A stretch of DNA of 64,000 bases from Clostridia bacterium (GTDB lineage Bacteria > Bacillota > Clostridia > Oscillospirales > CAG-272): contig JAFVSI010000063.1 of the NCBI GenBank assembly GCA_017503865.1, forward strand, positions 10,393-74,392. Reading direction: 5' to 3'. Both the position numbers and the translations under genes were made by a program. Shown here in pieces: positions 1-10,588 of the stretch. Position 1 is the first letter of the stretch. Every line of letters starts with the position of its first letter. Under the pieces are notes generated by a model, which searched no databases, was not told the DNA's origin, and was given only the letters and a program-made list of their open reading frames with translations.

Positions 1-287
1 ATGAGTGTGAGTATATGTTTGTTACTCGCTATGGTGGAGAAGTTCGCCAAGTGAGCGAAACCTTATTTAATACTTGGGCAACGAGCACATTCTCCAAAAT
101 CATCGGAAGACGCGCATATCCTCACCAGTTGAGAAGTTCGCGTGCAAGCCAGCTTGCAGTAGAGGATGGAGTTGACATAAAAGTAGTGCAAAAGCTTTTA
201 GGTCACGAATCCGTGACAACCACAGAGATTTATGTTGTCAGAGATGACAGCGACGAGCTCGATGAACTATATGTTGAAGACGACTAA
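1..287 (+). CDS. tyrosine recombinase/integrase, C-terminal fragment (5' end outside window)
   Basis: Frame is open from the window edge. Contains HQLRSSRAS (HxxR) and [13 protein letters not shown] (GH...Y catalytic tail), typical of the phage-integrase family. Confidence 0.75.
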   Translation, partial: ECEYMFVTRYGGEVRQVSETLFNTWATSTFSKIIGRRAYPHQLRSSRASQLAVEDGVDIKVVQKLLGHESVTTTEIYVVRDDSDELDELYVEDD

Positions 288-314
288 TCCCGCCTAATAT
301 AGGGCGGGATTTCT
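287..314 (+). terminator. hairpin terminator after the recombinase fragment
   Basis: ATCCCGCC / GGCGGGAT 8-bp stem with an 8-nt loop directly after the stop codon, followed by TTCT. Confidence 0.5.
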
Positions 315-327
315 CAATGGAGGATTT

Positions 328-1449
328 ATGGAGAATAAAGGAAAGGGCGGACGACCTATGGGTGGTAGTAAATCTGAACAATCAAGGCTCAAAAGTTCGA
401 GCCCCATACAGATTGACACCAGCGTCAAGCCGGAGAGAATCAAGAACGACCAACCGAATACAAAATATAGATGTACTTGCTGTGGCAAGGAATATAACAC
501 ACAAAAGGGAAATTTCCCCGTGTCAAAATCCTTCCTTTATGAAGGCAATAACGGGTACATACATATATGCAAACATTGCGTAGAGAAGCTTTATCAGCAA
601 TTAGTAGGTTTCTATTCTGGAAACGAAGAGCACGCACTTGAGCATTGTTGCAGACTTTTCGATTGGTACTACAATAGCGACATTGTCGCAATGACCAAAA
701 ACATTTCCCAAGGCAGGTCTAAGGTTTTGGTTTATCCTTCAAAGATGAACGTTAACCAAGCAAAGGGAACCACATATTTGGATACCCTTAAAGACCGCCA
801 TAGTAATAAGATTATGACTATGTCAGACATCACACCCGACGAGATGGCTGACGGTGAAGAAACGTCGGGGGCATCTCGCGTGTCCAAAGAAACTATTATG
901 TTCTTCGGGTTTGGATACACGGATGAAGAATACGATTTCTTGCTCAACCAGTACACGGACTGGACGACAAGATACGATTGTAAGACCAAAGCACAGGAAG
1001 AGTTGTTTAAGAGCTTGTGTATAGCCCAGCTTACAATCCAAAAAGCACAGTTGCGCGGTAGCACCAAAGAAGTCACCGATGCGATGAAAGCTTTCCAAGA
1101 CTTACTTGGAACCAGTAATTTGAAGCCGAGCCAGACTAATGATAACGCATTAGCCGATCAAAACACATTCGGAACTCTCATTAAAAAGTGGGAAACCGAA
1201 CGTCCTATAGGTGAACCTGATGAGGAATGGAAGGATGTAGATGAAATCGAAAGATATATCAGCACGTTCTTCTTGGGGCATCTTTGTAATCTTGTTCACG
1301 TTAAGAACGATTACGAAGAATTGTACCGCGAGGAAATGGCAAAATACACCGTTACTCCTCCCGAGTACGAGGAAGATGATCTTGGCGAAACTTCACTTTT
1401 GGACAAGTTCAGCGATAAGGTAACCAAGGATGGCGACGATAACTCGTAA
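328..1449 (+). CDS. putative small terminase / Zn-ribbon packaging protein (position-based)
   Basis: Lies immediately upstream of TerL and overlaps it. Has CTCCGKEY...CKHC cysteine pairs. No family recognised by eye. Confidence 0.35.
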   Translation: MENKGKGGRPMGGSKSEQSRLKSSSPIQIDTSVKPERIKNDQPNTKYRCTCCGKEYNTQKGNFPVSKSFLYEGNNGYIHICKHCVEKLYQQLVGFYSGNEEHALEHCCRLFDWYYNSDIVAMTKNISQGRSKVLVYPSKMNVNQAKGTTYLDTLKDRHSNKIMTMSDITPDEMADGEETSGASRVSKETIMFFGFGYTDEEYDFLLNQYTDWTTRYDCKTKAQEELFKSLCIAQLTIQKAQLRGSTKEVTDAMKAFQDLLGTSNLKPSQTNDNALADQNTFGTLIKKWETERPIGEPDEEWKDVDEIERYISTFFLGHLCNLVHVKNDYEELYREEMAKYTVTPPEYEEDDLGETSLLDKFSDKVTKDGDDNS

Positions 1450-3199
1450 TTCCCAGACGGAGTCGCAAGTCAAACAAGACAAAGCCGACAGAATAATGAA
1501 CGGCGTGAATGTGTGGGCAGCATTCTATCGGGCAAATCCACACCGCTTTGCCCGGGATTACCTTAACTTAAAACTGGATAGATTTCAGCAGATCATTTTG
1601 TGTATGATGTTCCGCTTTTCAAACGTGGTTTACTTAGCGAGCCGTGGTGGCGGTAAATCATTCTTGATTGCTATATTCTGCGTCATACACTGTATCCTAT
1701 ATCCAGAAACAAGAATATGTCTTGCTTCAAAGACGCGAAAACAGGCAACGGAAATCATCGATAAAATCCGAGAAATCCTAATGCCGCGTTCCGCAAACTT
1801 GAGGCTTGAGATAGAGGAAGTTCAAGTTAACCAAGCTAACGCTTTCGTGAGCTTCCGTAACGATTCGAGAATTGTCGTTGTAACGGCGGCAGACTCAGCA
1901 CGACATAACAGAGCAACCGTTCTGGTCGTGGACGAGTTCCGTATGGTAGATAAGAATATTATCGATACCGTTCTTCGTAAATTCTTGACATCGCAGAGAC
2001 ACCCCGCTTTCTTGGATAAGCCCGAATACAAGGATTATCCAAAGGAGCAAACCAAAGAGCTTTATGCGAGCTCTTGTTGGTACGAGTCACATTGGTCGTA
2101 TGAGTTGGTACGCTCGTATGTAGTCAATATGATTCGAGGCAGAAGCTATTTCTGTTGTGCAATGCCATATCAGTTAGCTATCAAAGAGGGAAGATTGGAT
2201 AAGACAAAGGTCGAGGACGAAATGTCCGAAACTACGTTTAATGCAATAACCTTCCAGATGGAAATGGAAGCATTGTTCTTCGGACAGAGTAGCGGAGGTC
2301 TTTATAACTTTGATGAAATTGACCGCAATCGTGTAATCAAATATCCTTTTTATCCAAAGTTTGCAGGACACAAGATTGCAGACAAACGACTGTATATCCC
2401 GCCGAAGATCCCCGGTGAGGTCAGAGTGCTTTCAGCCGATATTGCACTTATGTCTTCAACGAAAAATAAGAATGACGCCACGTCAATCTTTGTAAACCAA
2501 ATGTTGCCCACCTCTAATAACAGGTTTGTAAACAACATTGTTTACGCGGACAACAACGAGGGACTTCGTACAGATGCGCAGGCGCTGGTAATACGCAAAT
2601 TATTTGAGGATTACGATTGTGATTACCTTGTATTGGATACCAAAGGCTTAGGTCTTGGAGTTAGTGACGCCTTAATGGCGGACATATACGACCAAGAGAG
2701 TGGCACAACATACGGAGCGCTATCTTGTTGTAATAACGACGAGCTGGCGAAACGATGCTTGGTGCCCGATGCTCCAAAAGTAATTTGGTCTGTTCAAGGC
2801 ACGCAAGAGTTTAACTCTCAATGCGCGCTCGGACTACGTGAGGCACTTAAGCAGGGAAGCGTTAGGTTACTGACTTCTGAGTTTGCCGCAGAAGATTCTC
2901 TCGGAGAACTGCGCGGATATGACAACCTTAGCACCGCAGATGCGTTGAACCTCAAGTTGCCTTATATACATACATCGCTCCTGATAAACGAGCTTATTAA
3001 GCTTGAGTATGAGGTACGCAACAATGTTATCAGAGTAAAAGAAAAAGCAGGAATGCGAAAGGATAGATATAGTAGTTTGAGCTATAACATCCACGTCGCA
3101 AAAATCATAGAAAGAGATCTACAAGTTCAAAAATCGAAGAAAACGATGGAACAACTGGTGTTCAAGTTTAGAGCACCGCAAATCAAAAAGAAATATTAA
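1430..3199 (+). CDS. terL: terminase large subunit
   Basis: Walker A-like SRGGGKS, Walker B VLVVDEF and a C-terminal nuclease-sized region. Position is before the portal gene. Confidence 0.85.
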   Translation: MATITRNSQTESQVKQDKADRIMNGVNVWAAFYRANPHRFARDYLNLKLDRFQQIILCMMFRFSNVVYLASRGGGKSFLIAIFCVIHCILYPETRICLASKTRKQATEIIDKIREILMPRSANLRLEIEEVQVNQANAFVSFRNDSRIVVVTAADSARHNRATVLVVDEFRMVDKNIIDTVLRKFLTSQRHPAFLDKPEYKDYPKEQTKELYASSCWYESHWSYELVRSYVVNMIRGRSYFCCAMPYQLAIKEGRLDKTKVEDEMSETTFNAITFQMEMEALFFGQSSGGLYNFDEIDRNRVIKYPFYPKFAGHKIADKRLYIPPKIPGEVRVLSADIALMSSTKNKNDATSIFVNQMLPTSNNRFVNNIVYADNNEGLRTDAQALVIRKLFEDYDCDYLVLDTKGLGLGVSDALMADIYDQESGTTYGALSCCNNDELAKRCLVPDAPKVIWSVQGTQEFNSQCALGLREALKQGSVRLLTSEFAAEDSLGELRGYDNLSTADALNLKLPYIHTSLLINELIKLEYEVRNNVIRVKEKAGMRKDRYSSLSYNIHVAKIIERDLQVQKSKKTMEQLVFKFRAPQIKKKY

Positions 3200-3214
3200 G
3201 CAAAGGAGGAAGAA

Positions 3215-4726
3215 ATGGATAAAAGAAATAACTCCCGTCCGGCTAAGAAAAAGCCCGCGACAACCTCTCAAAAGCCAAAGCAGCAAGACGCTCTTGTCGA
3301 AATGCCGATGTCTTTTGCCAGAGAACTGATCAAACAAATCGTTTACAATCCTAAAAATTCCTCTTCTCAAAAGTCATACACATATTCCCTATACACAAAA
3401 GAGAATATTCTGAAATGGCTACAATCACCCTCGTCTAACGAGACGAGCCTGCGTAATGCATCGAATTATATGTACCTATCTTCTATGCATTATCAAAGGC
3501 TTATCCAATACTACGCAGGGTTGTATTACGGATACTACGTAATATCTCCCCTCGGATTTGAAAAGACAAACGGAGCAAAGAGAGAAAGCATAGCAAAGCA
3601 ATATTACAAGGTTACCAAATTCTTGGAGCTTATCGATGTTCCGTCGTTGGTGAGAAGTGTAGTAGGTGTGTGCCTGCGTGACGGTATTTACTACGGAGTA
3701 AAGTGGTCTGATAAATCGTCCACCTTTATTCAGAAGTTGGATCCCGACATTTGTAAGCTCACGTCCATATGCAACGGAACATTCTTGTATGCCGTAGATA
3801 TGACAAAGCTTCAGGGTAAACTTGAGTTTTATCCCGCAGCTTTTACGGATATGTATGCAAAATATTTGCAGACTGGAGAGAAATACCAAGAGGTTCCGCC
3901 TGATATTTCCGTCTGTGTCAAAGCAGACGACACTATCATCGACTTCTCGGTTCCTCCTTTTGCGGCAGTTATGCCATCTCTTTACACTATTGCAAACACC
4001 GAAAATTTGCAGGAAACCGCAAATGAGTTGAAAAATTATAAAATGCTTACAGGTAAGGTTCCAGTCGATGCCAACGGCAACCCGTTGATTGGCTGGGATT
4101 TGTATTTGAAATATTACAATCAGTTGAGCAACGCACTTGGTGAGAACGTTGGATTGGCTATCACTCCTTTTGATATGGATCAGTTCAGCTTTGACCAAAA
4201 GAGTGGCGTTTCCGACGTGGACGATATTGCAAAATCTGTGGCTAATTTCTGGTCTACTGCGGGTACTTCCGGTCTTTTGCACGGTGTTGCAAACGATACG
4301 TCTGGTGTTACCAAGCTTTCCATCAAGAATGATGAAACCTACATATTCGGAATTGTAAAACAGCTCGAAAAGGTTCTTAACAGATACCTGAAGACTACCT
4401 TCTCGGGTACTATCAAGTTCAAAATTACATTCCTTCCTATAACCGTATTCAATAGAGACGAACTTGTCAAGGAGTACAAAGAAGCCGCATCATTCGGTTT
4501 GGGCAAATCCCACTATGCGGCAGCTCTTGGTATTCCTCAGTACGATATTGCAGGTTTGACATTCCTTGAGGAAGATTTGCTTGGGTTCGGCGAGCTTGTT
4601 CCTATGCGTAATACTTATAACTCCGGCGAAGAAGACGGAGAAAAGGGACGCCCTCAGAAGAAAGACGAAGATCTTTCGGATGATGGAGCAAGCACTCGTG
4701 ACAATGACACCAATGCAAACCGATAA
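3215..4726 (+). CDS. portal protein
   Basis: 503 aa directly after TerL, with an acidic C-terminal tail. Assigned from size and synteny. Confidence 0.6.
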   Translation: MDKRNNSRPAKKKPATTSQKPKQQDALVEMPMSFARELIKQIVYNPKNSSSQKSYTYSLYTKENILKWLQSPSSNETSLRNASNYMYLSSMHYQRLIQYYAGLYYGYYVISPLGFEKTNGAKRESIAKQYYKVTKFLELIDVPSLVRSVVGVCLRDGIYYGVKWSDKSSTFIQKLDPDICKLTSICNGTFLYAVDMTKLQGKLEFYPAAFTDMYAKYLQTGEKYQEVPPDISVCVKADDTIIDFSVPPFAAVMPSLYTIANTENLQETANELKNYKMLTGKVPVDANGNPLIGWDLYLKYYNQLSNALGENVGLAITPFDMDQFSFDQKSGVSDVDDIAKSVANFWSTAGTSGLLHGVANDTSGVTKLSIKNDETYIFGIVKQLEKVLNRYLKTTFSGTIKFKITFLPITVFNRDELVKEYKEAASFGLGKSHYAAALGIPQYDIAGLTFLEEDLLGFGELVPMRNTYNSGEEDGEKGRPQKKDEDLSDDGASTRDNDTNANR

Positions 4727-4741
4727 CGAGAGGTAGACAGT

Positions 4742-4978
4742 ATGGATAATTGTAGAGAAGAAAAGAAGTTTATAAAAATATTCGATGAGAAGATCGCTAT
4801 GAGCCTTGCTGATAGCGGTTTTTCATATATGAAAGAAACTATCAATGGCAATCAAGAGGTATTCATTTTCGAAGAGTCGGAAGCCTTTATGAGCGAGGTC
4901 AACAAGTATATGACATTCGGCGAAGGCGAAGACGGCGGAGATGTATTACTCGTCGAAGATACCACTGTGTGTTTCTAA
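4742..4978 (+). CDS. hypothetical small acidic protein
   Basis: 78-aa ORF in the head module, in the gap between the portal and scaffold-like genes. Confidence 0.5.
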   Translation: MDNCREEKKFIKIFDEKIAMSLADSGFSYMKETINGNQEVFIFEESEAFMSEVNKYMTFGEGEDGGDVLLVEDTTVCF

Positions 4979-4998
4979 AGAAGGAGTGAGAAATACCT

Positions 4999-6639
4999 AT
5001 GAATTTATCAGTTGGATTTACTGCGAAAATCACTCCTGTCAAGCCCGTCAACGATGAGATGACATTGTGTAAATGTTATATTATGTGCCCCGGTCGTAAT
5101 GTCAACAAATCTGACATTGTGAAAGAGGCAGTTGACGATGCGTTGCCTACGCTGTTCAACATTCCCGTAGTTGGACACATTTTCGTAGACGAGGAAGATG
5201 AAGAGCTTCGTATGGGTGGACACGATAAAGAGATTAAGAAAGACGCAAACGGCAAGTACTATCTCAGATCGTTGACTGTTCCTTATGGTACCGTTCCTTA
5301 TCAGGACAATGTACATTACGAAGAGGTTGAAGAAAAGGACGGATCTATTAAAACATATCAAGTTGCAGACATCATCCTCTGGACGGGTAGGTATCCTCAG
5401 CTTTTGGATACCAAATATGATGACGATATCTACTTTAACCAAAGTATGGAAATCAAACCATTGGAAACAGTTGTGGATAAAGATGGATACACGGTGGTTA
5501 AAAAGTTTAGATATTCAGCCCTGTGCTTGATGGGTAAGAGTGATGATCCTGACAAGAACGTTCGTCCTTGCTTCCCGTCCGCGAGAGTTGAACCATACCA
5601 TTTCTCGACTGCAGAAAATTGGGAAGAACTTTTCGAGGAATTTAAGAGCAAGTTGGCTGACAGTTATGGGTTGAAACCTAACTTTGAGAAAGGAGGACAA
5701 AAATTAGTGAATCTTGAGAACATTGAAAGCATTTTAAGAGAGTTCGGCATCGAAAGCGTTGAGCAGTTGTCTTTTGAAATTACGGAAGATATGACTGAGG
5801 AAATGCTGAGAGAACGCCTTACAGAGATGAGTGCTAACGGAGAACCCTCTGGAGAGGGAGAGCCCGCAGGAGAGCCTGCTGGAGAACCCGCCGCAGAACC
5901 CCAGAATGACACTGACGGCGAAGGCGAAGCTGGTACAGGAGAACCCGAAGGTGAACCTACTGGCGAAGGCGAGTTTACCGACAATTCTGGCTCAGGCTCC
6001 GGAGAAGGAGAACCTGCACCTCAATTCCAGTTCGAGCTCACAAACGAGGAAACTCGTAGAGCTTTGTGCAACGCAATTTCAGCTTTGTGTGAATGGAACG
6101 ACGTTCTCTATAAGAGCTACTGGCTTTGTGATTTCGATAGCCAGCACGTATACGTTGGATACTACTTTGCATCCGACGAGGGTACGGTAGATGGTTACGC
6201 GAGATTTGCATACTCCAAAACCGAAAATGATATCGCGCTTAATGCGGATAGCTTTGAGAAGGTTCGTCTTGTTTGGATGACTCTTGAAGAGGCAGAAAAA
6301 CTTGACAAGGAGAGAGCAGAGTATGCCGAGCTTGTTGAGTATAAACGTGCAAAACAAGAAGCTGAAAGAAAACAGGAATATGCCGCAGTTATTGCGGAGT
6401 TTTCCGACTTGTCTGATGTTGAGGAATATCAGACTGTGGTCAGCAATGCAATGGATTTTGCAAGTGCTGAGGACTTGAAAGAGAAGCTTTACGCAGTTCG
6501 CGGTAAGTCCGGAATTGTTAAGAAGCGCGATGTATCTGAAGTCAGAATTCCCATTCTGAGCTTCGCAAAAGACGAAAAAACTATCACGGCAGAAGAAGAA
6601 TTCTTCAGCAAATATCTGCCCGATGCAATTAAAAAATAA
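4999..6639 (+). CDS. prohead protease/scaffolding-like protein with acidic G-E-P linker
   Basis: Sits between portal and capsid. The C-terminal half is charged coiled-coil (scaffold-like). The N-terminal region (ALPTLFNIPVVGHIF) is weakly HK97-protease-like. Confidence 0.45.
   Translation: MNLSVGFTAKITPVKPVNDEMTLCKCYIMCPGRNVNKSDIVKEAVDDALPTLFNIPVVGHIFVDEEDEELRMGGHDKEIKKDANGKYYLRSLTVPYGTVPYQDNVHYEEVEEKDGSIKTYQVADIILWTGRYPQLLDTKYDDDIYFNQSMEIKPLETVVDKDGYTVVKKFRYSALCLMGKSDDPDKNVRPCFPSARVEPYHFSTAENWEELFEEFKSKLADSYGLKPNFEKGGQKLVNLENIESILREFGIESVEQLSFEITEDMTEEMLRERLTEMSANGEPSGEGEPAGEPAGEPAAEPQNDTDGEGEAGTGEPEGEPTGEGEFTDNSGSGSGEGEPAPQFQFELTNEETRRALCNAISALCEWNDVLYKSYWLCDFDSQHVYVGYYFASDEGTVDGYARFAYSKTENDIALNADSFEKVRLVWMTLEEAEKLDKERAEYAELVEYKRAKQEAERKQEYAAVIAEFSDLSDVEEYQTVVSNAMDFASAEDLKEKLYAVRGKSGIVKKRDVSEVRIPILSFAKDEKTITAEEEFFSKYLPDAIKK
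5838..6020 (+). repeat. low-complexity (G-E-P/G-E-G)n coding repeat
   Basis: Translation reads GEPSGEGEPAGEPAGEPAAEP...GEGEAGTGEPEGEPTGEGE...GSGSGEGEP. Confidence 0.6.
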
Positions 6640-6664
6640 AAATTTATAAGGAGAAAAAATAATT

Positions 6665-7153
6665 ATGGCTTATGCTTGTGTAAGAACTGACAATATGTCA
6701 GGTACTGTAAACGGCAAGGATCTTGTGTCCTTGAAATTTATGGTCGGCGAGACCGAGGCACCCGTTGAAAACGGTAACGTTGTCCTCGTTGGCGACCATC
6801 TTGAAGGCGAGCGCGAAGTTCGCAAGGCTACTGCACCTACTAAGAACGCAGATGTTTATAAGTGCGCCCTCGTGGCGAGCGAGGAAGTTGTTAAGAGCAA
6901 GGCTCGCAACACTCTCGCAGAGTTCAGAAACGAAGCTGGCGACATTGCTCGCGGATACAGATTCGTTGCAAATGACTGCTTCTCCGTTACCGCTGAGGCT
7001 TTTGCTGACGGTGCGGCTCTCGAAGTGGGCGCTACTGTAGAGCTTACTGACACCACTAAGCTTTCTGCAGTTGCTGAAGCAACCGGCGGTGCTTCCGTTG
7101 TTGGTAAGATCGTTCTTATCGAGAACGAGTGGTACGTAATCGAAGTTGCGTAA
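6665..7153 (+). CDS. hypothetical head protein (decoration or scaffold candidate)
   Basis: 162 aa directly upstream of the capsid gene, with a good RBS (AAGGAGAAAAAA). Confidence 0.4.
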   Translation: MAYACVRTDNMSGTVNGKDLVSLKFMVGETEAPVENGNVVLVGDHLEGEREVRKATAPTKNADVYKCALVASEEVVKSKARNTLAEFRNEAGDIARGYRFVANDCFSVTAEAFADGAALEVGATVELTDTTKLSAVAEATGGASVVGKIVLIENEWYVIEVA

Positions 7154-7179
7154 TTAAAAGAAAGGAGAAACAATACATA

Positions 7180-8172
7180 ATGGAAAATGTACTTACTATT
7201 GCTATCGGTGCAATTAAGGGCACTATGAGTGGCGAATTTTCAAAAGGTCAGACTTCCGAGGCTCTTCGCAAGGCGTTCATTGAGATGAACGGCGGATCTG
7301 ACAAGCTCAATCCTAAGACTTTCGTTCGCGGAAATGAGCTCTATTCTGCGGTTGAGGAATTGATTCCTACTATCGTTGAGGAAGGTTTGAAGGATGAGAA
7401 TCCTATCTTCCGTCTCGTTGAGTACAAGAACATCGCAAGCGGCGACGTTAACGAGTTCTATACTTCCGGCGAAGCTGTGTTCATCGTTGCAGATGCCGCT
7501 GCTGGTATCCGTGGCGTAAGACGTCAGAGAATCTCTGGCGGTGAGAAGGTTACCGTTAAGACCTCTATGAAGATCGTTCGCGTTTACGAGAACCTTGGTC
7601 GTCTTCTTGCAGGTAGAATCACCTTCGATGAGTTCGTAACTGCTGTTGCAAACTCTTTCAAGAAGACTATCCTTGCTGATGCATATACCGCTATCGCTGG
7701 TATGACTGAGAACACTCCCGGTCTCAGCTCTGAGTACGTATATGCTGGTACTTTTGATGAGGACAAGCTTCTTGCTATCATCGAGCACGTTGAGGCTGCT
7801 ACTGGCAAGACCGCTACTATCTACGGTACCAAGACTGCTCTTCGTAAGGTAACTTCTGCCGACGTTTCCAACGAGGCTAAGAGCGACCTTTACAATATGG
7901 GCTTCTATGGCAAGTTCAACGGAACTGCTATGGTTCAGCTCAAGCAGGCTCACAAGCCCGGCACATCCAACTTCATCCTCGATGATTCCAAGATCTACAT
8001 CATCGCTGGTGATGACGCTCCCGTTAAGATGGTTAACGAGGGCGAGGGTATTATGCTTACCCGCGAAGCAACCGAAAACAACGACCTTACTCAGGAGTAT
8101 GTTTACGGTCAGGCATTCGGTACTGGCGTTATCTGCGCTGAGAAGATGGGTATCTACACCATCGCAGGCTAA
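7180..8172 (+). CDS. major capsid protein (start trimmed to MENVLTI)
   Basis: AAAGGAG RBS lies 9 nt upstream of the ATG at 7180. 330 aa, in the head module, followed by a strong terminator. Confidence 0.6.
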   Translation: MENVLTIAIGAIKGTMSGEFSKGQTSEALRKAFIEMNGGSDKLNPKTFVRGNELYSAVEELIPTIVEEGLKDENPIFRLVEYKNIASGDVNEFYTSGEAVFIVADAAAGIRGVRRQRISGGEKVTVKTSMKIVRVYENLGRLLAGRITFDEFVTAVANSFKKTILADAYTAIAGMTENTPGLSSEYVYAGTFDEDKLLAIIEHVEAATGKTATIYGTKTALRKVTSADVSNEAKSDLYNMGFYGKFNGTAMVQLKQAHKPGTSNFILDDSKIYIIAGDDAPVKMVNEGEGIMLTREATENNDLTQEYVYGQAFGTGVICAEKMGIYTIAG

Positions 8173-8189
8173 TATAGCTTAAATACTTT

Positions 8190-8223
8190 AAGGCAGGCGT
8201 GTGTGGAACACGCTTGCCTTTTT
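8190..8223 (+). terminator. rho-independent terminator after the capsid gene
   Basis: AAGGCAGGCGTGT / ACACGCTTGCCTT 13-bp stem (one G-U pair), 5-nt loop and a T5 run. Confidence 0.8.
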
Positions 8224-8253
8224 AATAAATTTGAATAAAAGGAAGATATATAA

Positions 8254-8847
8254 ATGGCACAAAAGAAAAAGGACAACATCACGCTTCCCGAAGATGTTTT
8301 GGAAGCAACCGAGGCGGCTACCCTCGATTTTACAAAAAGTAGCGGTTCATACAAAATTGACGATAGCGTACTTGTAAAAGTTAAGAGTACATATTTCGGA
8401 CGCCTCTTCTATCGTAACAAGAAAACAGGCGAGAGCACAGAGTGGCTACGCGCTGGAGATATCCAGATCGTTTCTATGGGCGACTTGAGAGCGATGAAGG
8501 CAACTCAGGTTGCGTTCTTCAAAAACCAGTGGCTCGTTATTCTTGGAGTCGCAGACGGCTCCGAGTGTGAGGCTACCTGTGCAGACATTTACAAAGCTCT
8601 CGTTATCACACAGTACTATCAGAATTACATCGAGCCTACCAATGTAAGTGTAATCTGCTCTTGGAACGAGAAGGAGATTGCAGAGAGAGTTGCAATGATG
8701 AGCGCTGGCGCTCAGGAAAACCTCGTGGTAACGCTCAACGAATGTATCAAGAATGGCGCTCTGGATTCAATCAGATCCATCAGAGCGTTTGAAAACGCAC
8801 TCGGATGCAGACTTCGCGATTTGCACGACGAGGAAGACGATAAGTAA
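8254..8847 (+). CDS. hypothetical structural-module protein
   Basis: 197-aa ORF after the capsid terminator. Confidence 0.5.
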   Translation: MAQKKKDNITLPEDVLEATEAATLDFTKSSGSYKIDDSVLVKVKSTYFGRLFYRNKKTGESTEWLRAGDIQIVSMGDLRAMKATQVAFFKNQWLVILGVADGSECEATCADIYKALVITQYYQNYIEPTNVSVICSWNEKEIAERVAMMSAGAQENLVVTLNECIKNGALDSIRSIRAFENALGCRLRDLHDEEDDK

Positions 8848-8857
8848 GGAGAGCTAA

Positions 8858-9295
8858 ATGGCAACGAAATTTTCTGAAATATACGAAAGGGCGATCTTCA
8901 AAATTACGGATTATGGTTTTCTGCATACCGCCAACGAGTATTTGAAAAAGGCGGCTCTTCAGAAGTACTTGCTATCTGCTGTCGTTGATTTTCAGCATTC
9001 TTGCCGTGTTGACTTGAAAGATTACGATAAGGTAGAGGAACAATTTAACAACGACTTGGACGATGAAATCATAGAGATTTTGTCACTCGGAATCGCGTTT
9101 CACTGGTTCTCCGCAAAGACGCTCAACAGCGAGCTTTTGCGTAACGTCATACACCAGAAAGATTACACATCTTATTCTCCCGGCAATCTTCTCAAGGTTG
9201 TCAAAGAAGTAAGGGAAACGGTTCGCGCAGAATATACGGGTAAAATTAACACGTATTCCTTTCGGTACGGAAATATCGATAAGCTAAAGGCATGA
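8858..9295 (+). CDS. head-tail connector/adaptor candidate
   Basis: 145 aa. Assigned from synteny between the capsid and tail genes. Confidence 0.4.
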   Translation: MATKFSEIYERAIFKITDYGFLHTANEYLKKAALQKYLLSAVVDFQHSCRVDLKDYDKVEEQFNNDLDDEIIEILSLGIAFHWFSAKTLNSELLRNVIHQKDYTSYSPGNLLKVVKEVRETVRAEYTGKINTYSFRYGNIDKLKA

Positions 9296-9621
9296 GGTGT
9301 TATATGGAACAACTTTTGAATTTTTTATCAAATTTGCGCGGAGATGTGTTTAAACTTCTCCCTATGAAAGAAGACGAAATGGCAGGCGTTGACAATCACC
9401 TTAGTGATTACATTGAGGCTCTGCTTATCAACCTTGAGGGAGCAACAACTACATATCCGATTTTGGCAAATCAGAAACAGTACTTGTACGTAATCAACAA
9501 TTTGCAGTATGCGTCAAAACATCCTGTTGACTTCAAGAAATGGAGAAAGATCGTCTTGAATTCAACCCGCAATATCGACAACCTTTATGTGGCATACGGG
9601 GGAGTAAAGAATGACAAATGA
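9292..9621 (+). CDS. head-tail joining protein candidate
   Basis: ATGA-type overlap with the upstream gene. Assigned from synteny. Confidence 0.35.
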   Translation: MRCYMEQLLNFLSNLRGDVFKLLPMKEDEMAGVDNHLSDYIEALLINLEGATTTYPILANQKQYLYVINNLQYASKHPVDFKKWRKIVLNSTRNIDNLYVAYGGVKNDK

Positions 9622-10588
9622 CTGGTTTGACAAATATCGCTCTTGGTTGGAAATGAATCGCGATGCAGAACGTGAGCAGGAGAGGGACTCCGCAAGAAAG
9701 ACCTTGATAGAGACCTTTAAAAATAGCGTCTCGTATCAAACAGGCGCTCTGCGTAACGGTGTATCACAACCGATCATTGCGACCAGAAGCAATACTCGCA
9801 AATGCCGTCTGACGGTTATGCCCGAAGACACTATGAGCATTGGCGACTTGATTTACGTATTCAATGAATATTGGATTTGTATGGAGCTCTATACGGACGA
9901 GTATGAACTTACTCACGGCGAGCTTTGGCTGTGCAATCAGCTATTCAAATATCAAGATTTGAGTGGCAGAATCGTTAAGAAGCACGCCATTATTGACGAT
10001 GGCTCGTATTCAAAAGGAAGCGATAAAGCAATCCCAGTCACAAATAATACGTTCAATTGCTATGTTTCTATGGACGAAGACAGTAAGGCGCTATGCGTTG
10101 ACAAGCGTTTGGCTATAGATACAATTTACGATGCAAACGGTAAGCCTATTATCGATGTCGGCAAGATTTGTTGGCTCGATACCAAGAGTAGAAACTACGG
10201 TAAGGGAAGCCATTTGCTTGCATTTGGGCTAACGGATGATTTGTATAACGAAGAAAAAGACAATATCGATTTGATGATTTGTGATTACTTCGCTACATCA
10301 TCAGAAGAAGAGCCTGTCACAGATCTCTTCATTGAAGGAAGAGATACTATTCGTGTCGGAACAGGGCGTACTTATAAGGTGAATGCCCTTGATGGTTTGC
10401 TCCCCGAGTGGAAGGTTCAGCCTGCGCTTGACGGAGTTAACATCGTTGGTAACGGAGATTATGGCGTCACTTTGAGTGTCGCTATGGATGACTCTCTGAT
10501 TGGCAAGGTTTTGCTATTGGAGTGCTTTGATAAATCCGAAACCTATGGTGCCGTCACGAAAGAAGTTGAGGTGATCTCTATTGGCTAA
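9611..10588 (+). CDS. hypothetical structural protein
   Basis: 325 aa. Overlaps both neighbouring genes, consistent with translational coupling. Confidence 0.4.
   Translation: MTNDWFDKYRSWLEMNRDAEREQERDSARKTLIETFKNSVSYQTGALRNGVSQPIIATRSNTRKCRLTVMPEDTMSIGDLIYVFNEYWICMELYTDEYELTHGELWLCNQLFKYQDLSGRIVKKHAIIDDGSYSKGSDKAIPVTNNTFNCYVSMDEDSKALCVDKRLAIDTIYDANGKPIIDVGKICWLDTKSRNYGKGSHLLAFGLTDDLYNEEKDNIDLMICDYFATSSEEEPVTDLFIEGRDTIRVGTGRTYKVNALDGLLPEWKVQPALDGVNIVGNGDYGVTLSVAMDDSLIGKVLLLECFDKSETYGAVTKEVEVISIG

Noticed and set aside
3476-4282. Long antisense ORFs inside well-supported genes: 3476-4282(-), 7240-7953(-), 16696-17319(-), 43067-43675(+), 43999-44931(+), 53530-54081(+), 45769-46320(+).
   Set aside because: Each is fully embedded opposite a gene with a recognisable family signature or strong synteny. 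They lack RBSs and have odd composition. I treat them as shadow ORFs.
5664-5984. 106-aa minus-strand Ser/Pro/Gly-rich ORF.
   Set aside because: It is the reverse complement of the (GEP)n low-complexity linker in the scaffold-like gene, an artefact of repeat composition.
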